A stretch of 64,000 nt of DNA from Vicugna vicugna (GCA_013265495.1 MU062559.1:6346577-6410576), one strand, 5' to 3'. Counted from the stretch's first letter, positions 25,552 to 37,020 are shown. Notes: generated from the sequence alone by a model not told the origin. Numbers and translations are program-made.

Positions 25552-26713
25552 GGGGGGGTTGGTTTGTGTGGGGGGGGGGGTGACAGCAGGCTGTCTGCTT
25601 CTCATTACACATGTTCATTGTGGGGTTTGCTACAAGCAGCAGATGCGACAATACCACCACCAACCAGGAGCAGAATGAAACAACTGCGCCCTCTAAAACT
25701 CTTTCCCACTGGGTTTCTCCTAATTACCCGCATCAAAACCATAATCTCATAACCCCATTGCACGGAAAGCAAAGCATCTGAGGTCAAGAGCTAAGGCCAC
25801 AACGGTCTTTCCAATGACAAGAAAGCCACATGGCTCGAGCTTTTACGTAACACTGTGGTGCCATGGAGACGGCGCCTCACCAGCGCAAACCCATGTCTGA
25901 GCAGCGAGGGGGAGTTGGTTTCTATGAGAACCTCAACTTTTGCTTCTTCTGACTTATTTTAAATGTATAACTTTATCTTTGACTCCAACAGAACTTAGAT
26001 TTGGAAGATAAATGTCACTTTTGGTACCAAAGAATTCCAAACTTGGCCTTTTAAACTCCATGTTCAAGGACACAGAGAAAATACGAGTCTACCGCCCAGG
26101 CTGGCAGAGAAGAGCTCCTGAGTAAGGAGAGAGCCATGGGAAACACGCACGTGGATCCTGCAGGTAGCAGCTTCCAGAAGGTATTCTGCCACACACCTGG
26201 CAGCCAAATGGAAAAGCTTCCCACTCACATAAATTTAGAGTGACTTTTTCTAAACCAAGCTGTGTTGTGATCTGAACAAAATGGTTCTGAGGTATGGGGC
26301 GTACACTTCCAAACCACTGCCTTTCTTGAGCTTTCCACTCACAGAAAATTTCTCTGAGCTTCTCCTCTGGAGGCAAGTGAACTCCCAAGGCCCAGAGATT
26401 AGTATGCTCAGCTAGTGGAACTGAAGAAGAAAAAACCAGCTAGTGTTAGGAATACTAAGACCCCCGGAGCAAGGAGAATGAGTAAGAATCTGAGAGCTGA
26501 GCAGCTCTTAGGAAGAGCCCTCTACCTCACTAACTTTATGCTTAAAGGAATAAATGAAAACGAGCCAAAAAAGAGAGGACTTCTGAAAAGTCAAGGTTCC
26601 ACAAGAGCACAGGCTGATCTTGGACATATAAATACATCCAATCCTGACGATGCAGCTTGACTCCTGGGCTGTGGGTGAGGACCAGCATCATTCTGTTTTG
26701 GTCAGCATCATGT

Positions 26714-26909
26714 AAGGGGGTCAGGAGACAACTTCCTGTGGACATCCAGCCCGCCGCCTGTTTCCGTACAACCTGTGAGCTAAGAATGGCTTTTATGTTT
26801 TTGAATGGCTGGAAAAGAAATATTTTGTGACATGTAAAAAACTATGAATTTCAAATTTCAGCGTCTATTTACTATCTGGCCCTTGATAGAAAAAGGTTGC
26901 CGACTCTTG
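26714..26909 (+). mobile_element. MER58B-like MITE with internal deletion
   Basis: ccagcccgccgcctgttt...gtgagctaagaatggcttttatgtttttgaatgg...ttcaaatttcagcgtc joined directly to tatttactatctggccc...aaaaaggttgccgactcttg. Confidence 0.85.
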
Positions 26910-27149
26910 CTCTAAAGCACGTTGTACGTTGGTTAAAAAAAAATCCAGGCAAGGCAGAGGTCAACCTCCCCGCACTAGAACATGAGTACAGCTGACAGCA
27001 CGAGAATACCCTAAATGATAATAATAAAGGTACTAGAAAAGCGCTCGGTCATGCAACCGAGGAGGTAAAAAGAAAGCAAACCCATGTGGCTCGGGAAACG
27101 GAGGCAGCTGACGTCAAGCACAGGAGTGCCCCCCACGCTTGCTCTCCTG

Positions 27150-28175
27150 TACCCCATTTTAGGAATGTCTCCTCTCCTGGACTTGCAATCTCTCCCCTTT
27201 ATTTCCACAGACCCTATTCAAACCTTGAACTTACCAGAGCTGCCACTGTTCCTTACCATAACTGCTTCTTTCCACTTCATGACAATATACTTTCACTATC
27301 ACACTTTTCGCTCCTACAGTTTTGTACTCAGACTCCTCTTTCTACTCTACTCAGAGGAGAAATCTCCTCACTGACAAATCTCACTCATCACCTCTCCTCA
27401 GTAGGAGTCCTGCTAGATCTCTGTATGCCATTGACACCGTGTACCAGCAGGCGGTGAAATCCTTCCCTCCCTTTGCTTCTCTCTGCTGGGCTGCTCCCTC
27501 TCTGGGCTGCTGCTGTTGGCTCCTGCTGTTGCCCTCAGTTATGTCATGGGCCCCTTTCTTTTCACTCTGCACTGTCTCTTGGAAAGCCCATCCATTTTCA
27601 CGTTCTCCATCACTGTGATCATGCAGAACCCACGGACGTATAACCTTGAACTGTCCTCTACACTCTAGATCCAATCTCCAAGTGTCTGACAGACATCTCC
27701 CCTTGATTATCCTGCCCATACCTCAAACTCAAGTCTAAAACTAAACTCATCTTTCTCTTGCTAAATCTTCACTTCTCCCCCCAACCCCTATTCTGATTTC
27801 AGCACTAGCCACCCCCCAGTCTAAACATCTCACTTATCCTGGATTTGTCCCTAGTTTATCCTCATAACCTACTGATGGCTACATCTTACTGATTCCATTA
27901 ATATCGGCTCCCTAGTTGTTTGTATAATCCATCAAATCCTTTCCATCTTCAGCATAACTCTGCTTATTGAGGCTCCTGTCACTTCTGGCCAAGAATCTTC
28001 TGATCTACCTGCTTGCCCTCCATTTTCCCCTATAGTGATTCTTCCTGCCTGATTAATTTTCCTAAAGTACAATGTTCTGCTGAAAACCCTTCAGTGGCTT
28101 CCAATGGTTTACCACATAAAATCAGAACTCCACAACCTGACATTCCAGGTCTTCTAAAATTTGGTCCAGTTCCTG
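27150..28175 (+). mobile_element. LINE L2 (ORF2 3' part), long degraded copy
   Basis: Pyrimidine-rich; agacatctccccttgattatcctgcccatacctcaaactcaagtctaaaactaaactc and gctgaaaacccttcagtggcttccaatgg...cataaaatcagaactcc are L2 hallmarks. Confidence 0.8.
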
Positions 28176-28194
28176 GGGACCACATAAAACATCC

Positions 28195-28320
28195 ATTACC
28201 CACTTGACAGCCCTTCAAATATTTGAAGACAGTACAACATCTATTTCCTCTCATCCTCATGTCTTATTTTCTCCAGACTAAACAACCCCAGGTCCTCATA
28301 AGACATGTGTTTTGATTTCC
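28195..28320 (-). mobile_element. L3/CR1 LINE fragment
   Basis: gacagcccttcaaatatttgaagacag...ttttctccagactaaacaaccccag is antisense CR1. Confidence 0.75.
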
Positions 28321-28559
28321 TACCAGTCTACTGTTTTTCTTCTTTAAACCCAGATAATAGAAAGGGCATCTTCCAGTAGGAAATCCCTTTCTAGCTGATT
28401 TAATTAAATAGTCTGATGGGATGTGGGGCTCGCTTGATAGAGAGCAATCCTCACATGCTGTTGAGAGCCGCCTTCGGAGGTGAAGTTCGCTGCCTGGGTT
28501 GGATTAACTGGGGCAGGGCACGGAGAGCGCGTGTACCAGCCCCTCTCCCTGTGACCGGC

Positions 28560-28805
28560 AGAATTAGACTTTTCCTCCAGGCAGGACGCTGCAGCAGGAG
28601 ACAGCTCCATTAGTGCAGGAGGAATCCCCGGGATGCGGGAGGCCTGGGGGACTGTGGGGTGAGGCGGAGCCGTCCTGTGGAAGGCGGCTGCCTCCATGGC
28701 CCGGGCTCCGGCCCACTTCCATTCTGTCTCGCAGCAGCCCCAGGCACCATGGAGACCCCGGCGGGGTTGTGACCAGCAGTCTATTCATTTCCTGCTGTCA
28801 CTCAC
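28560..28805. promoter_or_regulatory. Small GC/CpG-rich island flanking the candidate exon
   Basis: Many CpGs (ccccgggatgcggg, ggcggagccg, cccgggctccggccc, ccccggcgggg) in otherwise CpG-depleted DNA. Confidence 0.5.
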
Positions 28806-28919
28806 CGGGCTCTCGGGGATAAAAAGGAACAGCAAATCCAAACCACTGCCTAGAATCCACTTTGCAGAATTCAGGCAAAGATTGTTCTATTGAAGTGAAT
28901 ATTTTCCCTGTTTGGAGAC
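28806..28919 (-). other. Candidate internal exon, 114 nt (probably 5' UTR of a large minus-strand gene)
   Basis: Acceptor gtccttttcttcccctcag|GTCTCC with a 15-nt pure pyrimidine tract and donor CCG|GTGAGT. Unique sequence, no ATG inside; one frame is open. Confidence 0.65.
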
Positions 28920-30057
28920 CTGAGGGGAAGAAAAGGACTGCTGCATCCTTTGCCTTCCACTGATGCAGCACTGCGCAAACCATCCCAGTCATCACTGCGG
29001 CCAGTGGGACAGTGAAAGCACAGCTGACACTTAACTGAGGCTTTTTAGCTCCTGTCACAGTGTGGCAACAGGGCACCAAAGCACCAGGATTTGAACTGTG
29101 ATGCTGGAGACAAAGCTTCTGTTGAAAAGCAGGAGAGAAGGGAGGACAGCGAGGGAGAAAATCAGGGACCTGACAGACAAGCGGCCTGATTCTCTGCAGC
29201 CGAATGGGAGGTACTAACCTGTCTCATCAGGCTGAGCCTGTCTTCAAGGGAGGGGGAAGCTGCTGCAGTGGGCTTATTACTCACAGCTGAAGGGCAGCAC
29301 GAGGCGCAAGCCCTCCCGGACGAGAAGCCTGCCCCAAATCATGATTTCTAATAAGGGCGCGACTGGTGAGGATGGGGCCAGGGTGTGTTTAGGGAGTAGG
29401 GGATGACCCATTTCCACACACGGCTTGCAGCCAAGCACGCTGCCCAGTGATGATTCCGGGTGTTGTGACAACCAAGGGGCATGTGTGTGTATGCGTGTGT
29501 GCGTGCTCACACTTGTATGTGCTCACTCATTTGAGGAAAGAGGGTGGGAAGAGGGGAGGAAAGGGGGAGAACAGAGGAAGGAGGCGCCGAGGAAACCGCA
29601 GTGGTCGTAACGACCCAGACCAGAGCCTGACAGCTGGAGGGAGAGGGTCACCAGGGCTGCACCCACCTACCGATGGGCACAAACACACTCGGTGTGAGGT
29701 CCTGAAGTGGCAGAGGCCACAGACAGGAACACATGGACTCCTCGGTAGAGCACACCTGAGAATCAAGGTTCGTTCCAGGGAAAAGGAGAGCAGTCACCCC
29801 TTCTTCCGCCTCACGCCCTTCGCATCTCTTCCCAAGCCCTAGGCTGCGGGCAGGTTCCCTTTCATCATTCTGAGAACTTCAGAAGATGCTTCGTTTGTGC
29901 CTTTTCTTCTGTTCCATGTTTACACTCCACCATATCCCAGCCCCACTCCCCATCAGGCCAGCCCTGTCCAGTACCACAATCAGAAAGACACGCCAGCAGC
30001 GGAAGCCTTCAAGACCATGGACAGCGGCTCCTCAGGAGTGTAAGTGGCGGGGAGCAA

Positions 30058-30087
30058 TCTCTCTCTCTCTCTCTGTCTGTCTGTCTC

Positions 30088-30120
<33 letters not shown>
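30058..30120. repeat. Compound (CT)n/(CTGT)n microsatellite, copy 1
   Basis: Seen directly; marks the start of duplication unit 1. Confidence 0.95.
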
Positions 30121-30121
<1 letters not shown>

Positions 30122-31499
30122 GCGTGCGTGCGCACAAGCAAGGGCAGTGCTTATCCTCCACGCCCTCCTATCACAAGGCACCGAAATTTCAAATAAATGC
30201 CAGGGGGCACGTCCTTGTAGGGAATCTGGAGGGCTCTGAAAAATCCATATACCATATGTAGTTGCCTGTTTTATGTAACAATATGTTTTTCTGTTTCCGC
30301 TGCTTTTGTCATTTAAAATGACTGTTCTCTGGACAGCTGTGGGCAGGGTTCTTTCCTTCTGGGCCCTCCATCAAGTCTAGTAAATTCCTACAAGTCCTCC
30401 CGCCAAGATGGATCCCTCGGGGTCAGAAGGCAATTAGATGTCCGGACGCAAGGAACTCTCTGGCTACACAACCATGGGCCCAAAGGGAAAAGGGAAGGAG
30501 GTCTTTTCCATCTCAGCCAGCCATCCGAGGGAGACATCAGCTCCTGAATGGCAAAGAGGACAGCTGTTGGTGAGAGGGTGGGGGAGCGAGGAGGCAAATT
30601 TCACAGCATAACAGCCAAGAGAAAAACAAAAAACAAGAGAAGTGTTTCATGTGAAGGCTGTCTCCCCTAATGTCACTAAAGTGGAAAACTCTATATTCTG
30701 CAATTCACTCACCCTTAGACAGCTGTTCATGCTCAAGTCAGGAGATAGATGAATGCTCTGGAAGTGGGTGGGGGGATTTCTCCTGAGCAGCCTGGATCTC
30801 AAGGAGCCCGACCAATAAATGATGTATGTGGGGACCACAAAAGGGGCTCCCTTCCCTAGCTCTTAGAAGGCCAATTCCCTTCCTGTACAGCCAACAAGGA
30901 CATAGCTAAACTGCTACTGCAGTGTGACCCAGGCCAACCTCACAGAAGGAAACCAGCACGGTCACTTCCAGCCCTCAGGGCAGACAGGATCAAAGGAGTA
31001 CGTTTGGGAGAACCCAAACCACTGAAGACACCTTGAATGGACCAGGAGAACTGGCATTTACAATCTGACAGGACCCTCAGGTTCCTGTTTCCTTGTTACC
31101 AATGTTCTGGCTGAGGCTCTGTAATGCATTAATCTTTGTAGATGAGTGATGCGGTTTAAAATACTGCAGAGTTTGGCTGCCGTTCCCTCCCGTGGGGTCT
31201 CAAAATAACTCCACACAAATCATTTCTGCTAAACACTCACTCAGGCAGCTCGTCCCCGCCGGAACACACACATCTTATGTAACTGAAGGAGCCACCTTGC
31301 CTGCTGGGAGAGGAAGGCGTTCCCAGAGGGCGGCGCTGCCTGCTGCCCGCCAGGCTCTGCACCCATCCCCGCTCCCGGCCCACGGGTGGGCACACAGCCT
31401 GGCGACCGTGCCCAAGCTCCTTCGGCCAAAGAGACCCGAGACTCAGGTGGTCACTACAGGGAAGGTCATCCGAGTCAGGGCTGCCTAAGAAAGAAGGGC

Positions 31500-31645
31500 C
31501 GCCTGGACATTCAGTGAGCATTTAGTGAGCTGAAACAGACTCTGCTAGATTCTGGAAAGCAATGAGGAGGTGAAAGCACATGGCGCCTCTCCTTGGAGGA
31601 CGCACACAGTTCAGTGGGGATGACAGGCGCATACACAGACTAACA
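31500..31645 (-). mobile_element. L2 3' fragment (second copy at ~34297-34442)
   Basis: cattcagtgagcatttagtgagc...gcctctccttggaggacgcacacagttcagtggggatgacag. Confidence 0.55.
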
Positions 31646-31849
31646 CAACATACAGGAGGGGGAGAGGCGCTACCGCACACCTCTCCTTAAGCACTCTGAA
31701 GCCTCCTCCCAAATCTAAGGAGTGTGCCACACACGCTGACCTTGGCTTGGTGTCTCCGTAAACCCTCTGTCCTGCCCGCCCCTCCCCATTAATCCAAGTC
31801 TCAGCTCTCAGAAGCTCTCCTCCTGACCGCTCCTTAACCTCGCGGTTTC

Positions 31850-32260
31850 ACAGCTGCTTCCTCCTCCAAACCACACTCCTAGGCAATCCCACTCACTCTT
31901 CGTGCTTTACATCCCATTATAAACTGGTGACTCTCAAAGTTTTCATCTTTGAGATGAAACCAACCTTTCTGCTGAATTCAGCTGGAACTGCAAAAATCCA
32001 TAGGCATCTAACATTCAAGGTCTTAAAAGCGACCCAATAACCTTCTCCTTGCAAATGTTCTATTATTTATCAGCTAGAAAAGTGAACTGTCTTCTCCCCA
32101 TCCTCTGTTATCAAATAGCCAACAACATTGTAGACGAGAGCCCTCCTAAACAGACTCGTTCTTTCCTCTTCATTCCCACTCTGGAGCCTAGTTTAGGCTT
32201 CCTCCTATCCAAGCTTCCTGACTTCAGTTTGGATCCTCCCCATCTGGTCTTCGTAGTGTT
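31850..32260 (+). mobile_element. L2 fragment (second copy at ~34647-35057)
   Basis: ctaggcaatcccactcactc...gactctcaaagttttcatct...ccataggcatctaacattcaa. Confidence 0.55.
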
Positions 32261-32384
32261 GTAAAAGTAATTTTTTGAAAAATAGATAATGCAACAAAAA
32301 AGGAGGGACTTCCACAGTATCTAACCACACAGATAAATCTCAGACAAAAGCTGGGTAAGATAAAGTTGGGTAAAACAAGATTAT

Positions 32385-32635
32385 GATTCCAGGCATGGAG
32401 TCCAAGACAGGCAAAGCTAATCTATGGCCACAGAAGTCAAAATATGGGTTATCTTCAAGGGGCAGGCCACAAAGAAGCCTGCTGGGATGCTAGAAATATT
32501 CTATTATCTTGATGTGGGTAGTGGTAACTTGGAGCTATATGTGTATTTTTATAGCCATATAAAAATTAATCAAGCTGTATATTTAAGATGTATGTATTTT
32601 ACTATGTTAACAGTCATACGTAAATTTTAGAAAAA
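32385..32635 (+). mobile_element. Ancient L1 (L1M/L1ME-type) 3' end, copy 1
   Basis: agtccaagacaggcaaagctaatctatggccacagaagtcaaaata...tgctagaaatattctattatcttgatgtgggtagtggt...aaaattaatcaagctgtatatttaagat. Confidence 0.85.
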
Positions 32636-32833
32636 TGACATAACGTGTAACTCATCATTCATTGCTTCCTGTTACCAATCTTGGGAGTTCCTAACCTGGG
32701 GGAGGTGGGGCATGGGGCAGTGTTAAGGACGGGCCAGTGGAACTGAATGAAATCTTTGTGTGGACACGTGTTCTCTGAAGAGAAAACTGATAGCCCTCTT
32801 CAGATTCCTCTTTCACTAAGAATGCCCGTGACA

Positions 32834-32853
32834 TCTCTCTCTCTCTCTGTCTC

Positions 32854-32886
<33 letters not shown>
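32834..32886. repeat. Compound (CT)n/(CTGT)n microsatellite, copy 2
   Basis: Seen directly; 10 bp shorter than copy 1. Confidence 0.95.
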
Positions 32887-32887
<1 letters not shown>

Positions 32888-35181
32888 GCGTGCGTGCGCA
32901 CAAGCAAGGGCAGTGCTTATCCTCCACGCCCTCCTATCACAGCCAGAGCTGGGATCTATGAGGCTTCTTACAAGGCACCGAAATTTCAAATAAATGCCAG
33001 GGGGCACGTCCTTGTAGGGAATCTGGAGGGCTCTGAAAAATCCATATACCATATGTAGTTGCCTGTTTTATGTAACAATATGTTTTTCTGTTTCCGCTGC
33101 TTTTGTCATTTAAAATGACTGTTCTCTGGACAGCTGTGGGCAGGGTTCTTTCCTTCTGGGCCCTCCATCAAGTCTAGTAAATTCCTACAAGTCCTCCCGC
33201 CAAGATGGATCCCTCGGGGTCAGAAGGCAATTAGATGTCCGGACGCAAGGAACTCTCTGGCTACACAACCATGGGCCCAAAGGGAAAAGGGAAGGAGGTC
33301 TTTTCCATCTCAGCCAGCCATCCGAGGGAGACATCAGCTCCTGAATGGCAAAGAGGACAGCTGTTGGTGAGAGGGTGGGGGAGCGAGGAGGCAAATTTCA
33401 CAGCATAACAGCCAAGAGAAAAACAAAAAACAAGAGAAGTGTTTCATGTGAAGGCTGTCTCCCCTAATGTCACTAAAGTGGAAAACTCTATATTCTGCAA
33501 TTCACTCACCCTTAGACAGCTGTTCATGCTCAAGTCAGGAGATAGATGAATGCTCTGGAAGTGGGTGGGGGGATTTCTCCTGAGCAGCCTGGATCTCAAG
33601 GAGCCCAACCAATAAATGATGTATGTGGGGACCACAAAAGGGGCTCCCTTCCCTAGCTCTTAGAAGGCCAATTCCCTTCCTGTACAGCCAACAAGGACAT
33701 AGCTAAACTGCTACTGCAGTGTGACCCAGGCCAACCTCACAGAAGGAAACCAGCACGGTCACTTCCAGCCCTCAGGGCAGACAGGATCAAAGGAGTACGT
33801 TTGGGAGAACCCAAACCACTGAAGACACCTTGAATGGACCAGGAGAACTGGCATTTACAATCTGACAGGACCCTCAGGTTCCTGTTTCCTTGTTACCAAT
33901 GTTCTGGCTGAGGCTCTGTAATGCATTAATCTTTGTAGATGAGTGATGCGGTTTAAAATACTGCAGAGTTTGGCTGCCGTTCCCTCCCGTGGGGTCTCAA
34001 AATAACTCCACACAAATCATTTCTGCTAAACACTCACTCAGGCAGCTCGTCCCCGCCGGAACACACACATCTTATGTAACTGAAGGAGCCACCTTGCCTG
34101 CTGGGAGAGGAAGGCGTTCCCAGAGGGCGGCGCTGCCTGCTGCCCGCCAGGCTCTGCACCCATCCCCGCTCCCGGCCCACGGGTGGGCACACAGCCTGGC
34201 GACCGTGCCCAAGCTCCTTCGGCCAAAGAGACCCGAGACTCAGGTGGTCACTACAGGGAAGGTCATCCGAGTCAGGGCTGCCTAAGAAAGAAGGGCCGCC
34301 TGGACATTCAGTGAGCATTTAGTGAGCTGAAACAGACTCTGCTAGATTCTGGAAAGCAATGAGGAGGTGAAAGCACATGGCGCCTCTCCTTGGAGGACGC
34401 ACACAGTTCAGTGGGGATGACAGGCGCATACACAGACTAACACAACATACAGGAGGGGGAGAGGCGCTACCGCACACCTCTCCTTAAGCACTCTGAAGCC
34501 TCCTCCCAAATCTAAGGAGTGTGCCACACACGCTGACCTTGGCTTGGTGTCTCCGTAAACCCTCTGTCCTGCCCGCCCCTCCCCATTAATCCAAGTCTCA
34601 GCTCTCAGAAGCTCTCCTCCTGACCGCTCCTTAACCTCGCGGTTTCACAGCTGCTTCCTCCTCCAAACCACACTCCTAGGCAATCCCACTCACTCTTCGT
34701 GCTTTACATCCCATTATAAACTGGTGACTCTCAAAGTTTTCATCTTTGAGATGAAACCAACCTTTCTGCTGAATTCAGCTGGAACTGCAAAAATCCATAG
34801 GCACCTAACATTCAAGGTCTTAAAAGCGACCCAATAACCTTCTCCTTGCAAATGTTCTATTATTTATCAGCTAGAAAAGTGAACTGTCTTCTCCCCATCC
34901 TCTGTTATCAAATAGCCAACAACATTGTAGACGAGAGCCCTCCTAAACAGACTCGTTCTTTCCTCTTCATTCCCACTCTGGAGCCTAGTTTAGGCTTCCT
35001 CCTATCCAAGCTTCCTGACTTCAGTTTGGATCCTCCCCATCTGGTCTTCGTAGTGTTGTAAAAGTAATTTTTTGAAAAATAGATAATGCAACAAAAAAGG
35101 AGGGACTTCCACAGTATCTAACCACACAGATAAATCTCAGACAAAAGCTGGGTAAGATAAAGTTGGGTAAAACAAGATTAT

Positions 35182-35432
35182 GATTCCAGGCATGGAGTCC
35201 AAGACAGGCAAAGCTAATCTATGGCCACAGAAGTCAAAATATGGGTTATCTTCAAGGGGCAGGCCACAAAGAAGCCTGCTGGGATGCTAGAAATATTCTA
35301 TTATCTTGATGTGGGTAGTGGTAACTTGGAGCTATATGTGTATTTTTATAGCCATATAAAAATTAATCAAGCTGTATATTTAAGATGTATGTATTTTACT
35401 ATGTTAACAGTCATACGTAAATTTTAGAAAAA
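35182..35432 (+). mobile_element. Ancient L1 (L1M/L1ME-type) 3' end, copy 2
   Basis: Duplicate of 32385-32635. Confidence 0.85.
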
Positions 35433-36444
35433 TGACATAACGTGTAACTCATCATTCATTGCTTCCTGTTACCAATCTTGGGAGTTCCTAACCTGGGGGA
35501 GGTGGGGCATGGGGCAGTGTTAAGGACGGGCCAGTGGAACTGAATGAAATCTTTGTGTGGACACGTGTTCTCTGAAGAGAAAACTGATAGCCCTCTTCAG
35601 ATTCCTCTTTCACTAAGAATGCCCGTGACTCAAAGTCATCATAAACTTCTCCATGAGGTAAAATCTACACAGCCTTGCAGACCCAGGGCCCCTCAAAGAC
35701 TGAGGAATCTGCCTTTCCAAACTAATCTGTAACCACTGTCGCTCTTACAGGAGACATAATATCCATATGAAACTACCTGCCATTTTGAGTAACAATGTTT
35801 TGTTTTGTTTTTACAAGCTCCCTCCTACCCACCACCCACTTTCTTGGCTTCCACCCTTTTTCTCATCGCCGTATCTGGCATTTTCTGGAGAGAAGGCCTA
35901 CAGTTTTCTCAGATGTAGAAAAAGGCTGGTGTTCACCCTCATGAGCAAAGAAACTGAGCTACAGGGTAGGGAAGTGACATCTAAACAACTCAGCTGAATC
36001 CCAGCCATTAAATCTCACTGCAAAGGATGGCCTGAGCTAGACAAAAGTGCAGTGAAGACTGTTGAAGGAATGAATGAATCAGAGCACTTAAATTCATTGC
36101 TTTTATGATGAAGACACTGAAGACCTGCTTACCTAATATATATCAGATGAGAGAACAATTACAAAAAGACTCAATGAAGCAAGAGTCAGAGGTCAAAGTT
36201 AACAAGATAACACGGAAAAGGGGTAACATCCAATGGTCAACAGTAGATTGGGGTGGGGGCCATGGTTTAATCTGAGTTCATGCATAAAGGACCTAGAAAA
36301 CACGTGCATTGACTACAACTCTGTAACACACAGAACCTCAAGGAAAACTTGGAGAAGACAATCACACTGCCTATCTTTCCCAGGTTCCCAGCCTAAAACA
36401 CAAAAGGAGATGACCGTAAGGACATTGACATGCGTCATGTTAGC

Positions 36445-36605
36445 ATTCACAGAATCACATTTACAGCTGGAAAGAACCTTAGAAACTGCTGATTTTTTTA
36501 CAGGGGATGGGATGGGAAATCAGAGAAGTTAAATGACCTACACAAGGTCACCTGCCAGTTTGGTCAGCAGGCACAGATTATAAGTCGTATCTTTTGACAG
36601 CCAGT
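36445..36605 (-). mobile_element. MIR SINE
   Basis: cacagaatcac...ctggaaagaaccttaga...cagagaagttaaatgacctacacaaggtcac. Confidence 0.7.
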
Positions 36606-36809
36606 TGAATCCTATCAGCTCAGGCTGAATGCACCTCATCTCACCCACGTTGCCCAGCGTCCTGGTTTAGCCTACGGGAGTGTTTTTGGACGTCTTTTCC
36701 TGAGTGGACAGATAATCTGATGGGCTATGCTGGTGTTTAGAAAAGATACTAGGAAGTAGTTGGCATTATCATAGCTAGGTTTACATCTATTTGAAAGGTT
36801 TTTTGACAT

Positions 36810-37020
36810 CTATTAATAACAACTACCGTAATTTGAGTGCTAACTTCTTTCTGTTGTGGTTAAGCACTGGCTTAAGTACTTCTGAAAAACTTTTATCATG
36901 CTATTCAATACACAGAACACTCCTAATTTACAGATGAGAGAACCACAGCAAAGACAGGTTAAATAGCTGGTCCTAGGTAACAGGGTTTATAAATGGCAGA
37001 TTCAGTAGTTGAGCCTATCC
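36810..37020 (-). mobile_element. MIR SINE
   Basis: aataacaactaccgtaatttgagtgct...taagcactggcttaagtact...ctaatttacagatgagagaacc...aggttaaatagctggtcctaggtaacag. Confidence 0.8.

Larger units (their letters stand above)
30057..32832 (+). repeat. Tandem duplication, unit 1 (2776 bp)
   Basis: Matches 32833-35629 except 2 substitutions, a 31-bp indel and a 10-bp STR length difference; the ORF track repeats at offset 2797. Confidence 0.98.
32833..35629 (+). repeat. Tandem duplication, unit 2 (2797 bp)
   Basis: Starts atctctctct directly after ...gcccgtgac; ends gcccgtgac before unique tcaaagtc. Confidence 0.98.

Noticed and set aside
30388-35427. Pairs of identical ORFs suggesting duplicated genes
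   Set aside because: By-product of the 2.8-kb non-coding duplication; several overlap L2 or L1 remnants.
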